DNA from: Balanoglossus misakiensis
Lineage: Eukaryota > Animalia > Hemichordata
Assembly: GCA_040954595.2 (NCBI GenBank)
Contig: CM082590.2
Coordinates: 5,146,001-5,210,000, forward strand
Reading direction: 5' to 3'
Length of the DNA stretch: 64,000 bases
Positions 52,101 to 64,000 of the stretch are shown in pieces; the stretch's first letter is position 1, and each line of letters starts with the position of its first letter. The notes beneath the pieces were generated by a model. It had not been told where the DNA came from, ran no database searches, and saw only the letters and a list, made by a program, of their open reading frames with translations. Made by a program: the position numbers and the translations under genes.

Positions 52101-55100
52101 CCAGGACAACCACTTAGCATGACTCATGCCCACCAAAATAGCATCTTCGACAAAGCGCCCTGCTGTACTAACTTTTTTACAGAATGAATCCTTTGTTGAG
52201 ATACCCACATAAAGGAATGATGACAACCGAATTTCTGGAATTTCTCATTTAATGCATGTCCCCAGCCTGTTTGCCTCATTTTTCTTTAGGAAAGGAAAGA
52301 CGGCTCCTTTACAATGCACCACGTCAACGTCGCTGATTATGGGAACAATCAAACTGTTACGCAAAGTCAGTTAATATTTCTGGCGATGCACAATTCTGCT
52401 TGAAGGAGGAAGTTGCTAACAGGCGCAAAATGACCCCAATCAGTGATGAACGTGTGTGACCTGGCGTACTCAGGCTATTGGACGCTGACAACTGAAACTT
52501 GCACAAACCAATTACTTTTAAGTAAAACAACCAGCTAAACTCACATGATATAGCCAGCACTGAAGTTTGTGAATGAGAGATTCTTTTTATAAATGACAAA
52601 ATTGAAGATGACGAACTTTCAGACAACAACGTAGACATGGACAGTAACTCATTGTACTACCGCTAACATGGAGAAATACGCTGGTGACCTTTCAAATAAC
52701 ATCAAAGTTTTCCCCATTTCTGATGTAACGATTCGTCATAATTGTGTACACTAAGAGACGTTATGCAAATTTTCCATATATTCTTGATATCACAGTAAGG
52801 TGAAACAAGACCGACCTAGTCCCTTTAAGTACAGTCACCAGATTCAAAATGAGAATTGACGCGTCATTATATATTACAGCCAGCAACCTACACAAGTATT
52901 TAGAAGAAGAAATAATTGCTGGTGCTCATTTGCATTGGTGTACTAAGCATTCTTCTGTATAATTAATTCTCGTCGAGAGCTATCGGTCATTTTCAGTTCA
53001 ACTTGTCCAATCAACATATTTTTCAAATGTTTGCTTGGCACTTTATACGTACATGTATCATCGGAAAGCATGATGCAGCATTCACCTATATACGACTGTA
53101 CGATTAGTGTACATTATTGCCGTAAAGTTTGTTTCATCACATTTTCAAAGCTTTGGATGTCTGAAACATTTAACGATAGTCTGATATCTATGACTATTTC
53201 ATTGATTCTCTTGTACGGCAGCAGAAAAAAAATAGTGCGACTTATTTATTTGACATACCTGGCCTATATGTCGGCCATATTTAGAGAGGCCTTGTCAAAA
53301 TGATTGCTCAGTAGCACAGGTATGTTTTTCAACAGGTGTTTTATCTCAAGCTATGACTTGTTCATACAGTTTTATAGTGACTAAAATTTTGTTTGGTTTG
53401 ATTGATAAACTTCAATCATCCCAGTAGTGTTAGCTTTGGTTCTATCGTATCTGCTGTGAGATATCACCGATATCGACGAGTGTGGCCGGTTTGTCTATAA
53501 AAATGTTTATCATACAGACAACACTTCGTAAATATCGGCGGTGACAACACAGCTATTTGATGTGCTTAAGTTTGGTCAAATTCCAGGGTCATCCTGTACG
53601 ATACTGAGGACAGTGATTGATCAACTGTGTAAACCCATACACACCTGGCCAAGTGCTTACTTCAACGACAAGTAAAGATTAGCATCGGCGTAACATTGGA
53701 TTTTAACTCGCCACTGACAGCAGCATTTTGAAAAAGCAATATTCTATTTAAGAATTCGGCTTTTCTTGCTTAGTCAACGACAACTATGTTCAGTTCCGAT
53801 GAACCACAATTTACAGCGTCCTAGCCATTTATGTACTTAGTGTTTCAAACCTTAATCTTCTATATGAGTCAACATTTCATTTTTTGCCTAAATGTGATCA
53901 TCTGTTAAGCATGCTGCGCGTATGGTATATTTATAACAGTCATTTTTAGTTGTTGCGAGAATGCACTCAGATCGATCATGGTATGACTAGACATTTGGAC
54001 GCATCTCACCCTATGTGCCACGTTGAGCCTGGTGTGTTGGTGATGACGTCATTCTCTAAGGGGTGGTAACCTTTATATTATCAGACATATTGTCAGTTAA
54101 AATTCTAAATTTAGTTTGTGTTCACCTTTATCTTCAAAATGCCACACTTACAATCCAACCAAAAACACTAAATTAATGTCATTGTCACAACAGTAAATAT
54201 TGATCAGTTTTGGAATAAAGGAATGGCTTGAGTCCCTCGGGTGGTGAAGGAGTCACTGTGGTATGCCCATGCGCAGTTGATGTTTAGATGTGATATGTTA
54301 ACGGCAGGAACCTAGAGACCAGCATGCAGTGTGGAACTTCATAAGTTACAAGTCAGTGGACAGCGTTAATGATTAAAACTCAGACGACTGCAGGCCAGGA
54401 CAAACAACTAATATGAATCCTGTCCCAACTAAATACTACCTGAAACATAGCGCCCAGCTCCACTAACTTTTATATATACTTATATATTTCATTTTAAGCT
54501 GTAGACACCCACGTATAAGTATTGCACGAAGAATCTGAAGCCGTGCTATAAAGTACATAGAGCAAGATTGCAGTCAAATATAAAACAACAATTTAAGTTT
54601 GTCAAGAGTCTCGGTCCAAACAAATCATTGGAAATTACAGGCTTGTGTGTGTTCCCCTGTCCTCTCAAAATTACTAAGGAACATGTACATAAGAATTTGC
54701 ATGGGTTCTTCAGACCAGATTGTAAGTGACAGTTAAGTTTTCGTAAAGGGTTCTCACATGACACATTGCTATGCAAAATGGTAAATGTTCATCAAATAGT
54801 CTAAATGGTCTTATACTTTTTACATTAACGTAATTTGTTTGACCTGGCATAATATAATTTACTACTTTAAAATGGTTACAAGGTACCACTGAACGGTCGC
54901 TAATCATTTAAACAATCGATTCGCTGGATGTTTCAAGCAATTCCAATGCTTACAGTTGAACAGATAGCTCCAAATGGCATTCAGCATGTTGCTCAACTGA
55001 TGACCTCAAATGACCCAACGTGCTCTGGATTTAGGGCAGAATAATAAAAACCGCGCAAACCTACCACTTTTCTAAAGACGTAATTTCAAGTTCATAAACA

Positions 55101-57470
55101 ACACTGAAAATTACTTTAACAATTCAGAAACGGATTCAGATAGAGATAACGTTCTAATGATTTGTGTGTAAACGCTATAGGAAATAACACAGTTTAAAAG
55201 TATAATTAACAGAATACACCCCACATAAATTATCCCTCGAACACTCTCTACAAAAAATAAAAATTCTCGACGTGGAAATGTTCATACTAATATATAACGA
55301 CCTTTCAAATTGCATCAAAGAATAGGGTTAGGGTTAGGGCTTTCTTTGCACCAGCTCCTTAGGGTAATATGCTCTTCGGGGACATATTTTCAGTCAAGTT
55401 GTATTCCACAAGCCTTTAAAGATGTACGCGCAGAACATAAACTAGAAAATGTGCGCATTCGGCTTTTCTCCATAGGATTAAATTGATAATTGCACGAAAA
55501 CACACTTCTACTATTGTCATTTACACGAAATTTTACACGTAGCTCATTCAACTTAAATATATTCATTGGTCAAATAAAATCGTATGGTCACCGCGCTCCT
55601 TTTTGAGATAAATTTCGTTAAATATTTTGCACATACACAAACCATTGGTGAAACATGTGGAGTCAGCAGTTTTCCTTTATTATCGACTAAATTCATGGCT
55701 CTGAATTTTAAAAACAGTGAGTGGGGAGTTTTTTTATACATAGAAAACTGGGTATTCACCATCTTGTTTTCATTTCTAAGGAGTTGATACAAAGATTGGT
55801 GGCCATTTTTGAACACGTGTTATTTGGTTCCTAATTTATTTCAATTTCATCGGTAAAAACAAAAGGATTTAGTCAAAACGTTACAGTACGATATTCCGAT
55901 TATTTATCACAATTTCGTTGATTCTCTGGTACAGCAGCAAAACATTAGTGGAGATATCTCGACAATATGTCGGTCAGGTCACCTTGAGTGACTGAAGGTG
56001 TGTTTGCCTTATAGATTAACGTCCACACACAGTATCTAGACTTTGATTCTATATCAATGTTATCATGAACAGGTACATTCAACGAGCGTCACCTAATTAA
56101 TTAAGCTTATACGTCAAACTGTTTATCATGTGTGGTCTTAAGTGAGATCACTTCATTGAAAAGGAGAATCGTACGTGTCATTGTGGATTGGAGACAACAA
56201 CCCACATTAAGTACTAGTATTAAGAATCATCCTGTACTATTGTACATATAGGTGAACAAACTTTTTTTAAGTTAACCCATGGTCGGTAATTATCGGGGCA
56301 AGTTAAACTTCAAATTTTAAAATCAACAACAAATCGCTTTCTCTTGAAATGGTTGCTGGGTAGTCCATACTTACACTAATCATTGGCTTAGGAGGCAAAA
56401 CTGATATTTTACATGATGATTTTACATATATATATTTATTGCTTAAACATCATGTTATATTGTACATACAGGCGTACAAACCCTTTTTAATGTTAATCCT
56501 GGTCGAGAAATATCAGGGACTATATTAATTTTCAATCTTAAAATTAGCAACAAAACTCTTTCTCTCTAAATGCTTGTTTGGCAGTTTATATACTTGCACC
56601 TATCATTGGAAAGGAGTGGTATATACTTAACGCGTGCGTATATTTTTGAACACTATTTCTGTTTAAAAACAAATCTGGAGAAAAATAAGATCACTGCCAC
56701 GTTTATGTTTACATGTTTAGTGGCTGAATATGATCAAGACACCTTACGTAGGATCATTGTGTAGAGCAGAGTGAAGAAATTTGACAAGAAGAAAGGAATT
56801 GGCATAAATATCTGACGAGACAACAAAGGTATTTGATAAACTTAATTTTGGTCAATTCTCGGGGTCAACCTTTACCATAATAACGACAGTGTCTGATCAA
56901 CTTTGTAAATCCATGCACACCGGTCCATGTGCTTATTTCAATAACTAGTAAAGATCAACGCCATATTTCAACCCTCCAACTTTACACAATCTGTAATCAC
57001 AATATTAGGCTTAACATTTGGTAGGGTGGCTTCTAAAAATGTTTAGTTTAATGGCATTCGTCATGGAGATAATTTTCTAGATACTCTGAAGTATAGGATC
57101 GCCAAATTTTGATTTGTATTAGCAGGTCATTCATTGGTTAAAAGTTAACACTTCGTTTACATATAATATCTTTTCAAATGTGAATGTGATCATGGAAGAA
57201 AATTTACTAAACATGTGTGGGCGATGTCAAAATTAACAATACCTCTATATTACATCCCCAAAATAAAATGGTCGCGTCTGACTTGGTATTATCCTATCAC
57301 AGCGCTAGCCGCATATAGTGGCAGACGCGTATGCATGTTGCTTAAACGCTCGTACGCGGCCATGGTAACTATGGTGCGGCATCCAGCTATGCCACTGTAC
57401 GATTAGCGTGCATTAGTACCGTGAAGTTTGTTTCTTCACATTGATAAAGCATTGCATGTCTAAAATATAT
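49106..57470 (+). repeat. Old, diverged local multi-copy repeat region that hosts the satellite
   Basis: Homologous blocks: 49370-50010 ~ 53065-53495 ~ 57145-57470; 50680-51140 ~ 56060-56750; and 25800-26056 joined to 49106-49200 ~ 53527-53695 ~ 56640-56955 ~ 51010-51385. Confidence 0.8.
51738..52106 (+). repeat. Tandem duplication, two copies of 190 bp
   Basis: Copies start at 51738 and 51928 (GATGTTA..ATGTTGTT.TTCTCC.TTGGTATGGGCGAAACAT). A diverged partial copy is near 54305-54410. Confidence 0.88.
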
Positions 57471-59554
57471 AACGCTCTCTTATTCAGACTAAGTCTTACA
57501 GCAGACATATAAATCAGCGTTAGTAGCAATAGAGAAATACAATCTTACCTGTCACAACAAATGGCGGAACGTTTCTACACGGTCACACAGCACCACATCT
57601 TATGAAGCTCACAGCCAGTCGAATAATGTCGACAACCGGTGTGGGTAGATGAGAATGACTGGGTGTGTTAATGTGCAAAGCTGTTTATTGGTTAAGTTTT
57701 TAGTTCAACTGATAAAAAATGACGTCAATCACTTCGGACAGACCTAACAGAATGTCCAGTCTGAAATAACTAATTATTTCAACTATTGACGACTCTGTCT
57801 CTAATTACAAAGTCCATCTGATTGTCCACTGTACCAATGACCTGGCTGCGATCCAGCGCAGCCACTGGTACCGGTTGGAACAGAAATATGTTATCACCAT
57901 TCCGTTTAATTCATTTCTCAGAATTGTTTTTCAATGCATGATATCATTCAACATTTCTAATACATTTAAAATAACAGCTTACTACGCTTACATTCTAAGC
58001 TTGACATTTTTATATCTGTGGCGGAATATAAGAATATAATCAGTTGTTGATATAAACAGAGGCCACATTGACTGCACATCAGAAAATCTTGGTGTAAGTA
58101 GCTAATACATATAAGTTAGGCAGGGTGAACACACTCATGCTGGAAATATTTTATTAACCATCTGACATGTAAATTGCAACGTTTGGCTTTTTTGTAGGCT
58201 ATAACGGTTTAAGGCAGCGTTCAAAAACATCATTGGAGGGGCCATGATAATTAAGAAAAAAAGATTCTGGTTTTATTCTAACAACTCCTGGCACCAGCAA
58301 ACAATTCACGTAGGGCCTACCCACTTCACTTCCAAAATTATTTAGTTTTAGAGACGGACTCTGCGCTGTGAAGCATTAATAACTGACCAAAAGGGGATTA
58401 AATATTTACTTTAACATGTTCCAGTATGTTTTATCCTTGCTGCAATTTTGTCTTCTGTTTATGTTCTTTTCTTGCTCAGTCCTAATTTAAATTATTTAGC
58501 AGATTTTCTCTACCTGCAATTATAAAATGCAATTTTGTTTTGCTTGATTGTATCAAAGACTGTAGGGTCTATGGTTGTATTGGAGGATGGTGGTCGCGAT
58601 AGTGTTGACCTGTTTATTTTGTATGACCGAATACTATCTTTAATCCTCCAGACAGGATTTGATAGCTGTCTGCTGTTTGCATGTTTGCTGTGTGTAAACG
58701 AATAGCCGTGGTTGTTGTGGCACGTCCTGAATGTGCGGCCAGTCAATCAAATACAACACCTCACATCACCTTTGCTCGGAAAATTCTTATACTTACTGTG
58801 AACTGGCTGCATCAGAAAAAAAAAACAAAATCTTCACAAGCATGATTTTTGGCATAAAAATCGTTATTTCACCGAATTTTGAAAAACCTTTGGCACGTTT
58901 GTAATATTTTTGATTCTGATTTTTTTTATACTAAATTTTTTAAAATTCATCAAGATTTAGGAAAGTTATTCAAAAACACCTGTGTTGGGGACCACTTTGA
59001 TGTTACCTGTGTATTGTCTATGGGCGAAAATGCGACTTTTCTAAATTGTTGCAATTTGATTGTTATTAAACATACAGCTGTCAAACCCACATATTTAATA
59101 AAGTTGACATAACAGATTTCAAAACTAGTTTCAGTTTTAAAATTGAAGGTCGCTAAGTGTGTGAGTTGTAGGTTACAAAAAACATACCAAAGGTGAATTT
59201 TAAAATTTTCATGCTTGTTTTGTTCTGAGCACACCAGTTTGTTTATTTCTTAGGCTTTCACTTTGATTGTTCAATATGTTGATTTTTTTAAATATACACT
59301 TTGCTTTTTTAAGATTATTTTTTTATTTTAAGCATTTCTTAGATGAAACTTTAGGTAGACCATTATGATATGTTATAGAATATTGAAAAGTTTACACTAT
59401 TAAGATTGGACACCATTACATATTTCAAATAATGCTGCAAAATAGACTGAAATAACTCCAATTGACTTAACATGTATAAAAACAAAAGAATACGTTTTTG
59501 GGGACACTTGGAGATTTTTTTATGTTGAAAACTCGGCGAAAAACGGGTTGTTTT

Positions 59555-62304
59555 ATGCTTATTCTAACGAATATCTTACAATCCAATATATGTTTTTTAA
59601 GCTCAGATTCTGGGCTCTCTAACCCTGAAAACAGTTTTCCAAAAATCATAGAAATAAAATCAGAGAGCCAATGATTACAATTTGTTACGATCGTATTTTG
59701 CGACAGGCAAAATTCTCAGTTTTTTTAGGTTAAGTTTACATCACTTCTGACTCACTTAGAGTGGGCCGATCTTTAAAGTGTAAAGTGTTTTGAAATCGTC
59801 AATTACTGCTCTAAAACATTTTAAAGACCGGAGTTGGTATCTTTTAGAATAAATTAATAGGTTTGCTACAAAATAAAGTGATGTTTAAGTGATTCTTTTG
59901 TTTTTATGCATGTTAAAGAATAGGATAAATTATAATATTTTTATAAAAGGCTTCGTTTTATGCTTATTCTAACAATTATCTAACAATCCAATATATGGTT
60001 TTAAAGATTAGAATCTTTGCTCTCTAACCGTTGAAACCGTTTTCCAAAAATCGTAGAATTGAAATCAGAGAGCCAACGATTACAATTTGTTACGATCGTA
60101 TTTGGCACGCACTTCCGGGTTTCGGCGAATTGCAGACAAATACTTTCTATAAAAGGCTTCGTTTTATGCTTATTCTAACAATTATCTAACAATCCAATAT
60201 ATGGTTTTAAAGATTAGAATCTTAGCTCTCTAACCGCCAAAACCGTTTTTCAAAAATCGTAGAATAGAAATCAGGGAGCCAACGATTACAATTTGTCGTG
60301 GTCTTTTTTCGTGTGTAGGGTTAGGTACATAGGGATTTGGGCGACAGGCAAAATCCTCAGTTTTTTAGGTTAAGTTTACATCACTTCTGACTCACTTAGA
60401 GTGGGCCGATCTTTAAAGTGTAACGTGTTTTGAAATCGTCAATTACTGCTCTAAAACATGTTAAAGACTCGAGTTGGTATCTTTTAGAATAAACTAATAG
60501 GTTTGCTAAAAATAAAGTGATGTTTAAGTGATTCTTTTGTTGTTATGCATGTTAAAGAATAGGACAAATTATAATATTTGTGACCCTATCCTGTTTTGTA
60601 CAATTAAAGTAGTTTGAGTACTGTTTTTTTCAGGGTGTATAGACATTTAAATTATCTATGCTATAGTATATATATATATTTTTTTAAATGTAGACAAGAA
60701 GTTATAAAACTGTAATTATAAAAAATAATGTCAGTGCCCCATAAGCTTTACACTGTAGAAAACAGGGTGTCATAGGTTAAAATTTTGGAAAGTAAGAAAA
60801 CATGTTGTTTAAAGCTTGTTATTTTCAGAGTGTGTAAAGAACATGATGGGATACTCCATACATTTTTTAATGTTGTTACATGTACAGCAATGCCAGTAGC
60901 TATTGAGTCAAAATAGGTAATTTATATATCTCACAATGACATTTTGGTTATATTGCCATGTGTTTGCAAAGTTGCTATAAACACTTAGCATTGTCCAATT
61001 TAAAAACAATTTTCTGTTTTGAAAATGATATAATAAACTTCATAACAGATTGAAGAATCAAATTGATAGTATTAGGAATATGGAAACTGCATAGTTCCGA
61101 GAAAGGCGCTGTCAATCGACAAAGTTGACAATGTTGTTTGATCCCTTAACAGCATATATTATCACCCAAAATTGACATTGTTTGTACCACTCTGGTTTCT
61201 TTATTTATTCAGCAATGAAGTTCACACTTTAACAGTATTTTAAATACATATTGTTCTTTGTAATACATATGAAACAGTTTTAAAATCGGATGATGCTAAG
61301 TGTTTAAACCAACTTTGCAAACATATATTGCAATATAACAAAAATGTCATTGTCAGATATATGAATTACCTATTTCGACTCAATAGCCACTGTCATTGCT
61401 GTACATGTAACAACTTTAAAAACAATGTATGGAGTATCCCATCATGTTTTTAACACATTCTGAAAATAACAAGCATTAAACAACATGTTTTCTTACATTC
61501 CTAAATTGTTACCTATGACACCTTGTTTTCTATATAGTAAAGCCTATTGTTCACTAACATTTTGTTTCATAATTATACTTTTATAACTTCTTGTCTACAT
61601 TGTCTCATTTAGAGTGGGCCGATCTTTAAAGTGTAACCTGTTTTGAAATCGACAACTACTGCTCTAAAACATATTGAAGACCTGATGTGGTATCCTTAAG
61701 AATACATTAATATTTGTGCCAACAAAAAAAGTGATGTGTAAGTGATTCTTTTGTTTTTATTCATGTTAAAGAATAGAACAAATGATAAAATTTAAGACCC
61801 TACCTTAAGATGTACAATAAAGGAGATTAAGTACTGATTTTTTCAGGAATAATAGACATATAAATTCTCTATTCTGGAGTACATTAAAATTTAATAAAAT
61901 TTAATGTCGACAAAAGTTATAAAAATATACTTATGAAACCGAAATGTTTGTGCCCCATAGGCTTAACACTGTAGAAAACCAGGTGTCATAGGAAAAATAT
62001 TAGGAAAGTAAGAAAACATGTCGTTTAAGGCTTGTTATTTTCAGAGACGGTTAAGAACATGATGGGATATAAATACATACATTTTTTTTAAAGTTGTTAC
62101 CTGTACAGTAATGCCAGTAGCTATTGATACAAACTAGGTAATTCATAAATCTTACATGGACATTTTTGTTATATTGCCACTTTATTTTTGGCACACCAGT
62201 TGATTTATTCTTGAAGATTTCACATAAGGTCTTCAATATGTTTTAGAGTAATGATTGGCGATCTCCAAACAGGGTACACTTTTAAGATCGACCTACTCCA
62301 AGTG
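59555..62304. repeat. Block of nested direct and inverted repeats
   Basis: Unit A occurs three times (~59555, ~59945, ~60150) and unit B three times (~59700, ~60341, ~61604). A 305-bp inverted repeat spans 60687-60991 / 61293-61601, with a third direct copy at ~61904-62180. A second inverted pair spans 61606-61683 / 62227-62304. Confidence 0.88.
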
Positions 62305-62616
62305 TGTAAAATCTGATTTAATAACATGCATCCACTGTTCATGTAATACATGGGCAAGTTTAAATTAGGGACCAGTGTTTATCACTTACCTTAGCTTCAT
62401 TTCTCTTCATGATTGCATTGGTTCATTTCCTGTAGATTATTGTGCATGTTACAACAGATTGACTTCAAAAGTACTGCATTTTAAAGTCGCCAGTACTTAG
62501 GAAGTACACCTATTGGACAGCACTTTAAACCACTGCATCTTCTTCAAAACATGTATGTATTTATTGAGTGCATGTTAGTGTGTGTCAGTGTTATGATAAT
62601 ATTAATAATAATTATA

Positions 62617-62990
62617 ATGTTACAAAGATGTTATAAATAAATAAGTACATTGAAAATAATCTGTTGAAAAGTATACGTATTACATTACAACATTACAAAT
62701 ATTAAATAAGTGACTTAATAATAATGCTTTTCAAAAAGATATGTTACAGAGACATTATAAATAAATAAGTACTTTGAAAATGATCTGTTGAAACGTATAC
62801 ATATTACATTATAACATATTACAAATATTAAATAAGCGACTTAATAGTAATGTTTTTCAAAAAGATATGTTACAGAGACATTATAAATAAATAAGTACAT
62901 TGAAAATGATCTGTCGAAAAGTATAAATTCTACAATACAACATATTACAAATATTAAATAAGTTCAAAAAGATATATTACAAAGACATTT
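62617..62990. repeat. AT-rich minisatellite, about three copies of 124-126 bp
   Basis: ATGTTACA.AGA..TTATAAATAAATAAGTAC.TTGAAAAT starts at 62617, 62741 and 62867. Confidence 0.88.
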
Positions 62991-63026
62991 AATATGTAAG
63001 AATACGTGTGTGTATATGTGTGTTTG

Positions 63027-64000
63027 TTAGTTTGTCTTTGAAGTTGCTTTTTCTCTCTTATCTACCCTATTAATTCTGTCCTTTCTTATTCTTAATTGAC
63101 GTATGGACACGGTGGCAAATTTGTTTGGTTGAGAATTCCGCCATTTCATCAGCCAAAGTTGGGTTGTCTTCTTGTACTTTTCAACATCTTTGCTGCTAAC
63201 TTTACCAACTGCTATCTCTTCTGCAAACATTTCTTTAAGGGCTTGCTAAAAGTGCGACGGCCGTGTTTAATACTTTGGCCTGAAGTTTGACTTATATTGT
63301 CCCCCCCCCCCCCTGTACCAGGGCTGCCAGTCATCTCCACACCACCCTCATCTGTATTGTCAACAAAAGGCCTTTTGGATATGGTCAGTTTTGAAAACAA
63401 CTGATATGGGTGGTGGTCAATGCTGGGTGGTTACTATGCTTCCCACTGAACTCTCATCATTTTCATATTGCTCAGTTGCAACACAATTCACGCGTTGAAT
63501 AGGTAACACTCGCAGATTCCTGCACACCTTTTGTCATGGCATAAAAAGATGCCTGTGTGTGGGAACTATGTGCCATGTGTGACGTGAGGGGCACTGCAAG
63601 ATCAGGATCGTTCAGCAAAACGTATGTAACGATAGATTTGCGTAAAATTGTTGTGGTCAGTTCTTTTGAAATGACATCCACGAATCGTCAGGCAGCTCTC
63701 AGCGCTTTCGCGAACAAACTCGAGTTAAAATCCCCGCCATGATGCATCCTGAACAACCTGGTAGAGTTATCATTCCCCCTCCCCCTCACAAAAGGGTAAT
63801 ACGTGTTCAATATACATCATAGCCAGTTTATACAGTGTAGACGAGAAAACAATTCTCGTGGGCCCTGATGTTGCTGAAGTTTTATTTGCCGCAATAGTCA
63901 CAACCAACCTCTTGTCAGTCTCTTTGGCTGCTCTAACATCCCCAACTGTTAAGTTTTTTATAGGCACAATTTCTTTGCGCATTGTCTAGGACTAGTTGCA
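63027..64000 (-). pseudogene. Decayed tyrosine recombinase (phage-integrase family, Crypton-like element); 5' part lies outside the window
   Basis: Reconstructed across lesions: LVLDNAQRNCA/IKNLT (catalytic Arg), ANKTSATSGPTRIVF (Lys), TILRKSIVT (second Arg), SHMAHSSHTQASFY (His and Tyr). Frameshifts near 63960 and 63775, an in-frame TGA near 63688, and more frameshifts in the C-terminal tail (RRTFS...MFAEEI...KQICHRV). Confidence 0.8.

Noticed and set aside
55323-55339. Telomeric TAGGGTTAGGGTTAGGG
   Set aside because: Fewer than three full units; such short tracts are common inside invertebrate MITEs.
49419-57406. Similar short ORFs at 49419, 53031 and 57215 as a small gene family
   Set aside because: The similarity comes from the underlying DNA duplication; starts, frames and stops are not conserved between copies.

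Overview
AT-rich eukaryotic genomic DNA with spliceosomal GT-AG introns, probably from a marine invertebrate (inferred from the repeat types; not prokaryotic). There are four main elements. (1) A minus-strand six-exon ROCO gene (24021..3124) that I assembled by hand. Its domain order is ankyrin repeats, LRR, Roc GTPase, COR, then a non-kinase C-terminal domain, about 1177 aa in total; the ORF track shows only the last exon. (2) Introns and promoter packed with MITEs, foldback hairpins and a 1-kb duplication. (3) A 23-kb satellite (26031..49105) of exactly 197 units of 117 bp plus one extra 26-bp repeat. Empty-site paralogs in this window show that each unit is a 26-bp host target sequence plus a 91-bp foreign insert. 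A second, unamplified 538-bp GC-rich structured insertion with a 20-bp target duplication lies about 270 bp upstream. (4) A decayed tyrosine-recombinase gene at the right edge, next to a 3.5-kb block of nested direct and inverted repeats. I found no rRNA, tRNA or CRISPR.
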